Shown here piece after piece: positions 38,785 through 53,061 of a DNA stretch of 64,000 nt. The notes beneath the pieces were generated by a model that was not told the DNA's origin, searched no databases, and worked only from the letters and a program-made list of their open reading frames with translations. The translations under genes and the position numbers were made by a program. The stretch's first letter is position 1, and each line of letters opens with the position of its first letter. The DNA is from Octopus vulgaris (Eukaryota): positions 11,470,001 to 11,534,000 of the forward strand of contig OX597824.1 in NCBI GenBank assembly GCA_951406725.2, in the 5' to 3' direction.

Positions 38785-39875
38785 ATTATCACATCCTAGG
38801 ATGGTAACATGTTCAGTTATTTACCTTTTCACTAAAAAATATTTTTGAACTGGACATAATATTCCTTAGGAGAGAGAGAAAGCTCAGTCTTGGATGTTTA
38901 GATAATATACTCTAGTTGTGATTTATATTTGAAAAATTAAACAAACACAAAAAAAATGTTCCTTCTTAAATCTGTGAGTGGAGGAAGTGTATAGGAGTAA
39001 ATAAAGGTATTTTATGAAGAAGATATTGGTAACTGGTTTGAAACACTTAAGATGGATGTTACAGAGATGTAATCAAAAAGGAAAGTTGTCTTGGTAGATA
39101 GCTGGATGGAAGCAGAACTGCTAGCCATGAGAAATACAGTACTCAGCAGCAAAATTTAATTTATAATTAACAAGTCATCTGATTTAATTACTTTTCGGCT
39201 TTTAAATAAATTTATAGAGGAGAAAATTTGAAACTTTGTAATTGAAAGGTCAAATTTCTTTTTGCTTCCATCTGCATCAGAGATGAGAAAAACATTGAAA
39301 AAAAAAGGGGGGGGGGGTAGCTTGTGGGGGATTAGCCATGCTAAATATTATATAATGTGGTGTGTGGCTCTGTAAGTATGTATAGTGTATTGGAGAAATA
39401 AAACAAATGAGAGCGGAGGTCGGAACGAAAGACAGAAACTGTTGACAAACTGTATTGCGGCAACATACAGCTAATAATGACACAACAGTGATTGTAAAAA
39501 TAGCACTGAACCAAAAGACAAACAAAATCAATAATAATAATAATAATCAACCTTTGCAGACTGTGGCAAACAAAAAGAATACAGTGGAGGTTTTGTTCAT
39601 GTAGAAATTGCTTTCACATCATTGCCATCATCATTATTAATATTAATATATAATTATCGTTATTATTAAATGTTGGCTGGTTGAATTATCTTCCAAATTA
39701 TCAACAGAGAGTGTTCTTCCCTTGCATCATGACCAATGCCTAATAGAAGTTATAGTAAAAGTAGCATTAGTGTATGAAGGAATCTCAGTAAAATGAACCT
39801 TAGCTGGCAGCGAGACAAGTAAATAAGACAGGTGTGTAGCAGCCAGAGAATGTTAAGGTGTCGATGCTAATCTCC

Positions 39876-39985
39876 TCAGCAGGCACAGTCTGGTCTTTGA
39901 GTCTGTTGTTGTTGCCGGTGCAGACGGCGAAGTGAAGCATCTCCATACTGAATACCAGAACCCATTCTTTCAGGATCAAGTTCAC
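39876..39985 (-). CDS. RAB4: Rab4 terminal coding exon
   Basis: TCCAG|; [35 protein letters not shown], with the Rab4-type [12 protein letters not shown] segment and a CXC prenylation motif. Confidence 0.95.
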
Positions 39986-41082
39986 CTGGATTAAGAGAAG
40001 AGAGATAGAGAGAGAGAAGAATTAAAAAAAGATATAGATTAACCTTTTTGACCATAACTTACCTGGCACCACTTTTGCTTCGTGATCGTTACCAGCGTCG
40101 CCTTACTGGCACTTGGGCCAGTGGCACGTAAAAAAAACATTCGAGCGAGGTCGTTACCAGTGCCGCTGGACTGGCTCCTGTACAGGTGGCATGTAAAAAG
40201 CACCAACCGATCGTGGCTGTTGCCAGGTCCTCTGTCCCTTGTGCCGGTGGCACGTAAAAAGCACCCACCACACTCACGGAGTGGTTGGTGTTAGGAAGGG
40301 CATCCAGCTGTAGAAACTCTGCCAGATCAAGATTGGAGCCTGGTGCAGCCATCTGGTTCACCAGTCCTCAGTCAAATCGTCCAACCCATGCTAGCATGGA
40401 AAGCGGACGTTAAACAATGATGATGATGATACAAAACCAATCAATGCAAAGAGTTCAAATTTAAATTTAATTCTTCCATCATAATTAAAACTATGAATCT
40501 TTTAAGTTATGTTCTAAACATTCATTTTAAATAGTGAAAAACCTTTTTCTTTTAGTAATCCTTCAAAATTCTAGATCACTTAAAAAAATTATTTAAACAC
40601 ATAAATGGAGTATTTCGTAAGAAATATGGCTATGGAAAAGTTATTAGTGAAAAGAGGCAGACAAAAATAATAATAACAATAATAATCATAATGGTTTCAA
40701 ATTTTGGCACAAAGCCAGCAGTTTTAGGGAAAGCAGTAAGTCAATTATGTTGGCCCCAATACTAAGCTGGTAATTATTTTAGTGAACCTGAAAGGATGGA
40801 AACCAAAGCTGACTTTGGAAGAATTTGAACGCAGAACATAAAGAACCGGAAGAAATGATGTTAAGCATTTTGTCCAACACCAAAGCAATTCTACCAGCTT
40901 GTCACTTTATAGGTGCAGGAGTGGCTGTGTGGTAAGTAGCTTGCTTACCAACCACACAGTTCTGGGTTCAGTCCCACTGCATGGCAACTTGGGCAAGTGT
41001 CTTCTATTATAGCTCCGGGCTGACCAAAGCCTTGTGAGTGGATTTGGTAGACGGAAACTGAAAGAAGCCTATCAATTATATG

Positions 41083-41122
<40 letters not shown>

Positions 41123-41194
41123 ACTGTGTTTGTCCCCCCAACATCGCTTGATAACCGATTTAAGAGCACCCAGCCCATTTAAGAACACCCTTCA

Positions 41195-41970
41195 ATCATT
41201 GGGCAATAAACTGTGCTTGTGAAGACCTGTTGAGTCAAGTGAAGTCATTGTTGTGGCCGATGACAGTACTGCCTGATTGGCACCCATGCTGGTGGTGCCA
41301 TTCGAGCATGGTCGATGCCAGTGCCGCCTGACTGGTCTCGTGCCAGTGGCACGTAAAAAGCACCATTCAAGTGTGATCCTTGCCAATGCTGCCTGACTGA
41401 TTCCTGTGCTGGTGGCACGTAAAAAGCACCATTCAAATGTGATCAATGCCAGTGCTACCCAACTGGCTCCCGTGCTGGTGGCACATAAAAAGCACCATTT
41501 GAGTGTGGTCATTGCCAGTGCCACCTAACTAGCTCCCGTGCCAGCGGCACATAAAAAGATCAATTCAAGCTTGATTGTTGCCAGTGCCACCTGACTGGCT
41601 CCTGTACCGGTGGCACGTAAAAAGCACCATTCGAATGTGGTCAATGCTAGTGCTGGCTGACAGGTCCTATGCCGGTGGCATGTAAAAGGCACCATTTGAG
41701 CGGTGGTCATTGCCAGTGCTGCCTCACTGGCAGCCTGTGCCAGTAGCACATAAAAAGCACTACTCAAGCGTGGCCTATGCCAGTACCGCCTGACTGGCCC
41801 TCATGCTGGTAGAACATAAAAAGCACTCAATACACTCTCAGAGTGGTTGGCATTAGGAAGGGCACCCAGCTGTAGAAACCATGCCAAGTCAGATTGGTAC
41901 CTGGTGCAGCTCCCCAGCTTACCAGTTTTCAGTCAAACCAGCCAACCCATGCCAGTATGATGATGATATA
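41195..41970 (+). mobile_element. SINE-like family D with internal ~60-bp tandem units and a (GAT)n tail
   Basis: About 9 units ..GTGCC(A/G)GTGGCACGTAAAAAGCACC.., then TTAGGAAGGGCA.CCAGCTGTAGAAAC..AACCCATGC. Other copies: 3452-3710, 40080-40430, 46770-47020, 48335-48590, 61505-61700, 62806-62950. Confidence 0.8.
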
Positions 41971-42037
41971 CACACATATGATGATGATGATATACAAACA
42001 CACACATATACAGCTCTAGATTAAGCAATGCCTTTAC

Positions 42038-42133
42038 CTGATTCAATTTTAGTAAGTATTGACCGTGCACACTTCAAAAATGTCTCTTCCACATTCTCTC
42101 CAGTCAAAGCACTTGTTTCCAAAAACATCAACT
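42038..42133 (-). CDS. RAB4: Rab4 coding exon 6
   Basis: TTTCAG|..|GTAAAG; (E)[31 protein letters not shown](G). Confidence 0.95.
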
Positions 42134-42487
42134 CTGAAAAAGAGAATCACAAGTCACAATATCAGTAAAGCCGAAAGCAGAGGCTGAAGCTTTTACAGCT
42201 GCAGTCACGGCATAACAGAAACCATACGAATTAAATTTTACATGTGAATACATCTTTCTATCTTTGATCTATAATAATCTGAGAGATAACTCTTCGGAAG
42301 AAAGTGTGGGTTTTAGAACCAAAACTATTTTAGTTGTGATTAAAAGCATGGTTGATTTCTCAGTCATTACATATCCTGTTTTGAGCATGTTTCGCCATGT
42401 GGGCACACAGCCTGAGGATTGCGCAAAGACACCAGGCGTGTTTAAAAAATGCTGCCTGAACTGTTTATATTGCATGAAAATAATAGT

Positions 42488-42863
42488 CTGTGAATTAATG
42501 CATTTGAGCTTTGGTGTTGGAGAAGACTTTTATGGATTCCATGGACAGCGAGGCTCACCAATGGAGAAGTTCTTAAGCAGATCAGGCCGAAAATGTCACT
42601 AGAAGCTAGGATCACCAAGCATAGATTGGCATATTTCGGTCATATTATGCGGAGAAAATCCCTGGAGAAAGACATCATGCTCGGAATGGTCAGTGGCAAG
42701 AGAGGAAGAGGCCAACCAAGAACCCGTTGGCTTGACACCATCAAGAGTGATACCGGAATGGACATAGCCAATCTGAAAGAAGCGGCCCAGGATAGAACTG
42801 GCTGGAGGACACTGATCCATCGAGTAACCGAGAGTCGACTTCGACTGAGCGGATAGATAGATA
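42488..42863 (+). mobile_element. RTE (BovB-like) LINE 3' fragment
   Basis: INAFELWCWRRLLWIPWTAR..YFGHIMRR.SLEKDIMLG.VSGKRGRGQPRTRWLD..; (GATA)n tail; TSD GAAAATAATAGT at 42476-42487 and 42864-42875. Confidence 0.9.
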
Positions 42864-43540
42864 GAAAATAATAGTATCTCATGAAAATATATATTATGTT
42901 TATTAATGTGTGTGTGTTTGAGACACTGTTCAGAATATACCACAGCTAAGATAGATTTGACAAATATATGAAGAAAATTATGCAATACCATAAAGCATAG
43001 GAAATCATTATTTCAATATACTGAAGATATATTACTGATCTGATTCAAAACGGGTGATTATAAACAACTTTCATTCAAAATTCCATCAATTTTTACTGCA
43101 GAAAACAGTTTTATACACTGACCTATCTTTTGTTGAGGAAAGTAAAGTTTGAAATTATATTTTGTTGAGGTATATCAAGTTTATCATGGAAACAAAACCT
43201 GCAGAAAATACCAATTCTGTTTTTTATAATTACAATATAGTTAAATATATTTTTCAACAACAGCTGTGTGTTAATATGTTGTGTGTGTTTATTGAGCGAA
43301 AACACCTAAAGCTCCATGAGGCTCTGGCAGGGGGTGGTGGCGACCCCTGTTGTGCTCTTTCGCCCCAACTTTCACTCTTCCGGTTTCTTGAGTAACGCTG
43401 CGATGGACTGGCGTCCTGTCCAGCTGGGGGGAACACATATGCCACAGAAACCGGGCCTATGAGCCTGGCTAGGCTTGAAAAGGGTGCATAAATAAATAAA
43501 TAAATAATTCCTTTTTTCTCTCCTTGTTTTTTCTGCATCC

Positions 43541-43576
43541 CTTTCTGTACAAGAGTGTAGGCTCGAAACGTAAAAG
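43541..43576 (+). ncRNA. Degenerate minimal hammerhead motif
   Basis: CUUU-CUGUACA-A-GAGU-GUAG-GCUC-GAA-ACGU-A-AAAG; stems intact, CUGANGA box mutated. Confidence 0.4.
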
Positions 43577-43748
43577 ACCTTTTTCTATTCTTAAGCTTTA
43601 TACTAATACATCAGTTTGTTTTGTACACCACCTGTCTTTGTCTTTTGTTTTTTTCGTAAACTCTCCCAATATATATATATATGAAAAGAAAAATCTCATT
43701 ACACAATCAAGGTTTCATGTATGGATAGAACAAAGAAGGAAACATTAC

Positions 43749-43903
43749 CATTCTCTTGTGCAAAGCGGCTAGCTTCCAAGAATGTTACTTCACGATCAGC
43801 TTCCAAATCTTTTTTGTTGCCCACCAATATGATGACAATGTTCGGACTAGCAAGTGTGCGGGCGTCTGTTAACCAGTTAGTTAGAGCGTTGTATGTTTCT
43901 CGA
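43749..43903 (-). CDS. RAB4: Rab4 coding exon 5
   Basis: TTTCAG|..|GTAATG; [51 protein letters not shown]. Confidence 0.96.
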
Positions 43904-44239
43904 CTGAAATGTAAGAGAGACAGCACTTAAGGATGAGGTTTGCAGTTGAATAACACGGCTGTGGAAGAAGGGAAGGTAATATGGTCCTAGATAAATTATG
44001 TTTAATTAAAATACAGGATGGTCATAGTTGGAACAACTTTGAGAATATGTTTACTGAATTACAGCAGACCTGGGCTCAGTGGTGAATATTATTATCACTA
44101 CCAACTTGTTAGAAATAGCAGCCAGGTCCCCAGCAAATCACACCTACTGTCTTTAAAAGAGAATGACACATTGGTTATTGTGATCATGGGAAGGTCATAG
44201 CTAGAACACTTTTGCTAATAGGTTTGTATTGGTCTAAGC

Positions 44240-44427
44240 CAGAGCTGTGCAACTGGTATGCCATAGCACACTGATGTGCCACAAGATGATGCTCAGTGTG
44301 CCACAGTGTAACCTGAATATATTGTTTTTTTCTCTATACTTTTAGTTATATCTTTAGTTCAGGTGTGCTGTCAAATTTTGAAAAGAATGTAGGTGTACCA
44401 CAAGTGAAAAAAGATTGCAGAGCACTG
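44240..44427. mobile_element. hAT (Charlie-like) MITE
   Basis: CAG..CTG termini, 8-bp TSD GTCTAAGC/GTCTAGGC. Confidence 0.65.
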
Positions 44428-45410
44428 GTCTAGGCAACAACAGCAAGAACCAAGATTCTAATTAACACCACCAGCTAATCATCACCATCATCATCGTGGT
44501 TGTTTTAATGTCCATTTTTCCATGCTCAAATGGGTCAGACGGAATTCGCTGAGGTGAATTTTCCACGGATGAATTATACTTCCTCTTGCCAAAACTTGCC
44601 AGTTCCCAGGAAGGGAAATGCTTCCCTATGACCAGACATTGTTTTTATGAAAGTTTGGAAGTGAAGGACACCACTTATATGATATTGACACTTATTTACA
44701 ACTATCACATGAAGTCCAAGCAAAAAGACAGTAACACACACATACACGAACAGGCTTTTTTCAGTTTCCTTTTGTCAAATCCACTCACAGGACTAGTTGG
44801 CCTGGGACTATGATAAAAGACACTTGCCCATGGTGGCACACAGTGGAAGTGAACCCAGAAGCATGTGGTTGTAAAGCAAACATTTTACCACACAGCCAGT
44901 TCTGCACCAAAATCTCCCATAGATTATACCCTAACACCCTGCCATCTCATTGTAGTCCTCGACATATAGGTCTGAAGAGAGAAAAAATGTCCACAGCCAG
45001 AATACTTTTGATGTTAGGTCTGCTCAATCAGGACTGACTTTCAGCTAACTACTACCACCATTAAAAAGTTTCATTTATCAAAGAGTACACAAGTCCTTCC
45101 AAAATTCAATGACCAACACTACTGATTACTTCAGCATCATCTACGCCTGTGTTAAAAGCAAGTGGGAGTTATAACATGTATTACAATCATTGTGAACTTA
45201 TTCCACCACAAAATAGAAAAGAGCATATTTATGGGTGAAGACATGTGGCCTAGGAGTTAAGAGTGTTGCACTTATGAACACAAGGTCATAGTTTCGATTC
45301 CTGGACTGAGCAGTGCATAGCCTTCGTGAGCGAAACACTTCATTTCAGATTTCTCCAGTCCACTCAGTTGTGAGTAACCCTGCGACTGACTAGCAAAAGG
45401 ATGCATCCTA

Positions 45411-45524
<114 letters not shown>

Positions 45525-46356
45525 TCAACAGTTAATTAGACATCAAGAGAATCATATTAAATTTATTTTGGCTGATCCAGTTGTCTGTTCCTCTAGAATT
45601 TACCGAATATCTAGCTGGTACAACTGGCGAGATAAAGTAGATGAGGGTAAAAAAGAAAAGAAAGACTATTTTCTGTAATGGTAGACAAATGTTAGTATAC
45701 AAATGGTTGGCTGATTGGACACCAGGTAGATGACTGGAAGTACTGGTAACCTCACAAACTTGGTTGTAATGTTTGTCACTGCATCCGATCTTGTACTTTC
45801 ATTAACCCTTTCGTTACCAATCCGGCTGAAACCGACTCAAGCTCTGAGTACAAATGTCTTGTTTTCATAAGTTTTGAATTAAAATCTTCCACCAAACCTT
45901 AGTTATCATTCAGCTAGTGTTAGGAACATAAATTGTGACTAAGTTATTTTACTAAATTCTTTGTTAAATTTAAAGTAACTGAAAGAAACACAGAGCATCT
46001 CAACAGAAATATGGTAACTAAAGGGTCAAAGTCACCATGATATTTTTAATGAACCCTTTTGATACCAACCCACCTTAAACCAGCTCTGGCTCTGTGTACA
46101 AATGTCTTGTTCTCATAAGTTTTGAATTAAAATCTTCCACCAAACCTTAGTCACAATTTATGTTCCTATCACTAAATGATAACTAAGTTATTTTACTAAA
46201 TTCTAAACACAGAGCATCTCAAAATACAGTAACAGAAGGGTTAAAAGCTGTCCATTTTATATGGGGAAATGGTAAAACCAGGAATTAGTGAAGCATTTAA
46301 TATCTTCACAGACAATTCAACTGTACTACATTCATCTTCACCATCTACTATTTCTG

Positions 46357-46590
46357 GGTCAGGGGTGGATAAAGTCCTCCAAGTACCTCCTCCACTGGAC
46401 CCTATCAGAAACAACCATCATCACTGTTTTCCTGTTGGATTCTAAAACATGGCCAACTGAGGCTAAGGATATTATCCAACCATATTGCTCTTGGTCTATC
46501 CCCAGTCCTTCTGCTGGTTGGCTCAGGTTGAAGAATCTGTTTTGTGATCCTTTCCTTTGGCATTCTAACCACATTCCCAGAGTAACTTAT
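46357..46590 (-). mobile_element. Degenerate RTE-like LINE 3' end
   Basis: GNVVRMPKERITKQILQPEPTSRRTGDRPRAIWLD..DRVQWRR. Confidence 0.6.
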
Positions 46591-47647
46591 CAATGTACTA
46601 CATTTAGTTGTAATATAAACTACATTTTATATCCTTGGAACATGAACCATTGGACATCAGCTAATACATTGCTTTGCCATATCATAACCTGTGACACCAA
46701 TACTTTTATGCATGCCTTAGTTTCATCTTGGTTTGTGTTCCCTATTTATTTTATCCTTAGTCCACATAGTAAAGTGGTTGGCATTTGGAAGGGCATCCAG
46801 TTGTAAAAACTTTGCCAAAACTGACCCTGTGCCACATTAAAAGCACTCAGTCCACTCTGCTGGATGGGTGGTTGGTGTTAGGAAGGGCATCCAGCTGTAA
46901 AAACCCTGCCAAAACAGACACAGAAGTCTGGTGCGGTCTTATACCTGGCCAGCTCTGGTCAAACCATCCAACCCATGCCAGCATGGAAGGCAGATGAAAA
47001 AGGATAACGATGATGATGTCATATCTGGTTTGGATTTGTCAAGATCAACCTAAACTTCTATGATGTTGTGGTCAGTGAGAAATCTCAAACTACTTAGATC
47101 TTACATTATGGTCACAATATGTGCACTACGACTACTGCACATAAAGTGGACAACAATTTCTGGCTGTTTTACAAACAAATTTCAGAAATTTACTCAATAT
47201 TTATGGAACTTGGTAACAGGACTTGATTTCAGTTCCCAGTTAGAGCTGTTTTACATTTATATCTGAAACCCTTTGCAAAAAGACATATTATAAGTTTTTA
47301 TTTGTCAGAAAGTAACCAATATTTTTCTAACCTGAAAACAGCTCAATTCTTTTTAACCTTCAGCAATTTGACCAGTCCAGAAACAATCCCTCAGAATTTA
47401 GAGTACAAAAACCTAGTTATCCACAGTTAAAATGTCTCATCTTCATTAGCAAACCCTCTTCTATATAAAACCTTCAGCAGCATTTAATTGTTGTCATTCT
47501 CACAAGCCAAGTCATCAATTAAGCTTTAACTCCTGATTCAAATCCTTTCATTTCATTTACTTTGTTAATACTAATACATTGGTCAACCCTTTCCAGTTAG
47601 TTTGATTTAATAGAGTGAAACTCAAATTAACTAATCTCTGTTACTTA

Positions 47648-47845
<198 letters not shown>

Positions 47846-49602
47846 TTATACAAATTTAGAAAAACAAGAGTAGAAATATCTACAAATTTATCACTGACAA
47901 AAAAAGTATATACATCAGCAATTTAACAACATTAATTTTGATGGAGAAAAAAAAAAGAATTAATTAAAAATATTCTTATAATGATTTCTAATAGTCACAA
48001 GGCTACAAAGTATGACTGATTAAATTGACTCGTGTACTTAGCTGTTATTTATTTTAACTTGTCCAGGAAGCATGAATGGCAAATCCACCCTAGTTGTGAT
48101 TTGAACTTAAAATATTCTAATAGGCTTAGTTACATCTCTTTTATTTTATCTTTTTCATGTTTCAGTCCTTAAAGGGTTTAGTGAAATCAACCCCAGTATT
48201 TATTTAAGTTTGATACTTACTCTTTTGGTATCTTTTGCTGAACTGCTCAGTTATGGAGACAAAGAAACCTATACTGGTTGTCAAGTTGTGGAGGGGAATA
48301 AACACAACACGCCCAAACACACACAATATGACTGGCTTCCGTGCTGATGGCACGTAAAAAGTACCAGCCGATCATGGCTGTTGCCAGCCTCCCCTGGCAC
48401 CTGTGCCGGTGGCCTGTAAAAAGCAAGCACTACATTCACGGAGTGGTTGGCATTAGGAAGGGCATCCAGCTGTAAAAACACTGCCAGATCAGACTGGAGC
48501 CTGGTGCAGCCTCCTGGCTTCCCAGACCCTGGTTGAACCATCCAACCCATGCTAGCATGGAAAACAGACGTTAAACTATGATGATGATAATCTCTATAGT
48601 TTTTAGTATTTACAGTGGTTCTTACCCAACTTATAAATGTTCATATTTGTGTTTCTACCTTTCTGTATCCAATAATTTCCATGGAAAACGGACGCTAAAC
48701 GATGATGATGATGATGATGATGATAGTAAGCCAATGTACAGTAAGTTCATATAGTAAATGATTGTGGCCAGCGTCTGAATGTTTATTTATATAATCATCC
48801 TTGTTTAAATTTATCTGATAAAAGTTCTAAAAAGAGCATGTTTTTCATTTATTCATCAGTTTTGTTGACCAACATTTGTATCTTCAAACAGGTTGAGTAA
48901 ACTTTTAAAGATTTTGGTCACTAGATCAGCCAGATACACACCAATCTTGCTTAAAAGAATCTTGCATACAAAGGCAAATGCAATAACTGTGCTGTCTGGA
49001 CTTGTATTATACAGATAAGTGAAATCCAATCTAGCTACATTATCTTCTATTCTAGGCTAAATAAATAAATAAAAGCATCCCTTTATTTGAACACCAGGGA
49101 AGGATTTCTCCATAACACTGTGGGCAGCTAGTTTAAAATTTGACATTTAGTTAAATTTAATTGAAGTGGGTCTCAAATTAGGTTCATTTTCTTTTCTATA
49201 ACTCAAACATTTTTACATATGTGGTGAATTGCTTGCTGAACAAAAGAGTATGCACAATATAGTGAACTCCATGTCCCCACCCCAGCTCTAAATTACACAC
49301 ATCTGAGAAGAGAAGCTGGGAACATTACTAAATGTGCCAGCTACCAATTACATGTCATTAAAGATTGAAGCCAGTTCACTCTTCTGAAGATGTAAGTCTA
49401 ATTGGGGCCTGGTCAACTATTGAAACAAAAAGTTTTCATTCCAGGAGTGGCTGTATGGTAAGTAGCTTGCTAACCAACCACATGGTTCCGGGTTCAGTCC
49501 CACTGCGTGGCATCTTGGGCAAGTGTCTTCTGCTATAGCCCCGGGCCGACCAATGCCTTGCGAGTAGATTTGGTAGACGGAAACTGAAAGAAGCCTGTCG
49601 TA

Positions 49603-49645
<43 letters not shown>

Positions 49646-51311
49646 CTATATATATATATATATGTGTGTGTGTGTATGTGTTTGTGTGTCTGTCCCCCAA
49701 GCATTGCTTGACAACCGATGTTGGTGTGTTTACGTCCCCATCATTTAGCGGTTTGGCAAAAGAGACCGATAGAATAAGTACTGGGCTTACAAAGAATAAG
49801 TCCCGGGGTCGATTTGCTCGACTAAAAACGGTGCTCCAGCATGGCCGCAGTCAAATGACTGAAACAAGTAAAAGAGAGAGAAAGAGAGATACCTAATTGA
49901 GAAACATGTTCTGTAATAAATGATCATATGCATAGTAAACAGCAAGAGTCAAAACCTACTTTATCTTTTTATTTGTACCAGTCATAGACTCTGCCCTTGC
50001 TGGGGCATCACCTCTGCTAAGTTACAGGGATGTAAACACACAAACACTGGTTGTTAAACAGTGTTGAAACACAAACATACACACACAATGGGCTTCTTTC
50101 AGTTTCTGTCTGCCAGATACACTCACAAGGCTTTGGTTAGCAAGAGGTTATTGTAGAAGGCACTTGCCCGAGGTGCCACACAGTGGGACTGAACCTGGAA
50201 CCATGTAGTTGGAAAGCAAACTTCTTACTACATTCTTATACCTACATTTATTCTTAATATGTTCTGGCAGATTTGAACATGAATATGCTAATGACTATGG
50301 TATTTCGTCACTAGCTTCTCTTTTACAACAACTACAATGCATGGTGGACAGTAAAATTCAAAACAATGCCTTGCATATTTATTTTTAATAAGCATTCTGA
50401 TAAGAACCGTTTGTAAATCCGTTGGACTGGTGACAGCATTGTTCAGTACATCACATTTTTTGTGCTATTTCTTTCAAAGCAGAAGTATTAGGAATAGTGG
50501 CTTAAATAGTTTGGATTATGTTAGTTAAATACCCATTAACAACTGCCAGAGACTGAAGAATATTTAGTTAAAAAATACATAAAAATATAGCAAGAGAATG
50601 CAATACTTGTGGTAGAGTACACACAGCAAACACAACTGTCTGTAGGACCAGTGGTGCCATCTGTACCGTAAATTAGCAGCTAAACAAGGTTTGGTAACTG
50701 AGTAGTTTGGTAGTGTTAACTTTTGAATTTAAAAATGTGTAGAATAAAAGCCGGTTTCCTGCTTTCAGTACAATAGAAGGTGGTCTGAGTCTTGTGGGGG
50801 ACACCTGAGATGCTGGGCATATGGAGGATTCGTGATATCCACCCACCTCAATGCAGGTTAGCTGCTGTTCTACCTCAGCCTGTTTGCAAATGTTCATCAC
50901 CTTCTGTGGACATATGCAACAAGTGGTACTGTTGTTCAGTGGCCAAAGGTACCTCAATAAGAGGTAAAAGAAGATCCAATGATGCTGAACTGGCAGAAGG
51001 AAAGTGAGGGGAAACCTAAGAATGATTCTTAGTATTATTTACAGACCCATACTGTCAAAGAAACAGGTTTGTGAGTGATTTCATGTCAATTAGTTGATAG
51101 CCTTCTTCCAATGCAGTCTAAGATGCCTGTATGTATAGCAGCAGCATCTTGAATGTGGGGACAGTACACTATTGTGGCTATCACTAAAGCTTTGTAGACA
51201 GTTTGCCTGTGTGCACCAAATGAGTCCTCATGCATTATATACCAGATTCACAACAACTTAGAAAGTGTGAGTGATTGTGCATTTGTGATTTATAATTTCT
51301 AAGTCCTTGTG

Positions 51312-51347
<36 letters not shown>

Positions 51348-51846
51348 ACAAGAAAGATATTACCCACTCTGGCTGAATCTCCCCAAAATGAGACACTAGC
51401 AGCTTAAAAAAAAACAACAAAAGGACATATTCACATTATATATATATATATATAAAAGGTTTGTGTGATTGTGTATAGAGGGATATATATTATTCCAACT
51501 CTGTTTTTTTTTTTTTTATATTCTTTATAATATTAATGTAGAATATAGAATATATAGTATAAATAATATATATATATAGTAAAATGAAATGAATGAAGTA
51601 TTGATTGTCTTATTGAATAGATGAAATGTTGAATATTAAATATTAGGGGACTAGTATACTTTCAAGTGTTATAGCAGTCTTCAAGGTCCCAGGTTGTGAC
51701 AGGAGTGTGTGAGTATATATATAGTTATAAATACAATATCTCTGAATAAAAGATGGGATGGTCATAGCTGGAAATACCAACTGGATCAGAGCTAACTAAC
51801 AACCAGATGGATAGGAGTGTGATGTAAAAGAAAACTTTATACTTAC

Positions 51847-51927
51847 ATTTGTTCTCAATGAATTGATGTAAAATACAGGACTTCCCAGTACCAGCACTTC
51901 CTATGACTAGGAATTTGAATAAGAAAT
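51847..51927 (-). CDS. RAB4: Rab4 small GTPase, coding exon 2 (P-loop)
   Basis: TTTCAG|..|GTAAGT; (D)[26 protein letters not shown](F). The short first exon (M...Y) was not identified in the window. Confidence 0.95.
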
Positions 51928-52613
51928 CTGAAAAATTGAAACAACATTTATTAAGAGAGATTAAAGGATTTGCTAGAAGTGTCAAGAAACGCATACAGAT
52001 TAAATAAATAAAATTTAAAAAACATCAAAAGATCAGGAGGAAATGAGAGAAAAATAATCTTCAAAACTGCTGAACTCTGAAGGAAATTATTTCTGTGAAA
52101 AAAAAGAAGAAAAAAAAAAATGTTGGGGAAAATAAACTTGTATAAAAAAATTTAATAGACAAAAAAAATTTCATGACTGTCATGAAATACAAATGCTTAA
52201 ATGTTTCAATTAATTTTGGAAATAAGATTGCGGAGAGATTTGGGAAGATAAATTTTTCATTATTAAACTTGACTTTGGAAGATATTTTTTCAAAACAAAA
52301 GATTCTTACAGAAAATTAGGGTAGAAGATTTTAATTTAAACAAGAACATTTTGAAAACGAGAGGGTTTGCATCATAGGCAGTCTTGAGCAGACAAAAGAG
52401 TGAGGGGTAGAAAGTGAGATATTAAAATTTGAGAAGAAAGGGTTCTTAAATCACATGGCTAAGAATAATTTAGAATATTAGTCTCGATCCATTAATTTTT
52501 AGGTATAGAATTTGATAGGTCAGAGGGCTGTGTTGAATCTTTTATAGTATTTGGATAGGTACTCTTTTAGTGGTTCCAGCCAGTGTGTTAGGATCATGTT
52601 GGGGTACAGTCAT

Positions 52614-53061
52614 TGACGGGCATCGCTGTTCATGTTGCGGTAGCGCGCCCACTTCCTGGTTGTTTCGGTCCGCACGGTTCCTCCAAGGGTGCTCTTTGCC
52701 GAGTGTCCGAAGCGGCTGGTACGTTCACTGCGAAAAAATTAGAGTGCTCAGAGCGAGCCCCACCGGCTTGCATACAAAAGGCATGGAATGATGGAAATGG
52801 CCTCGTCCGCGCGTTATCTGTCGGTCTCCGTTCATGATGAGGCAATGATCGAAGGGAGTGATTGGGGCCACTCGTATTGCGATGTTAAAGGTGAAATTCC
52901 TGGATCGTCGCAAGACGCACTGCAGCGATGGTGTGTGGCAAGCACATTTTCCTCGATCAAGAGTGAAAGTTGGAGGTTCGAAGACAATCAGATACCGTCG
53001 TAGTTCCAACCGTAAAAGATGCCGACTGGTGCTCTGCCAGCGTTCACTTCGATGACCCGGC
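52614..53061 (+). pseudogene. 18S rRNA gene fragment (V4-V5 region)
   Basis: Conserved SSU landmarks in order: GAAAAAATTAGAGTGCTCA, GGTGAAATTCCTGGAT, GAAAGTTGGAGGTTCGAAGAC.ATCAGATACCGTCGTAGTTCC..CCGTAAA.GATGCCGAC. Isolated ~450 bp inside a Rab4 intron. Confidence 0.92.

Noticed and set aside
42269-42475. 68-aa minus-strand ORF in a Rab4 intron as an alternative exon
   Set aside because: No recognisable homology, and Rab4 exons 5 and 6 already join in phase.
52614-53061. Functional rRNA gene
   Set aside because: Only ~450 bp, with no flanking rDNA and substitutions at conserved positions.
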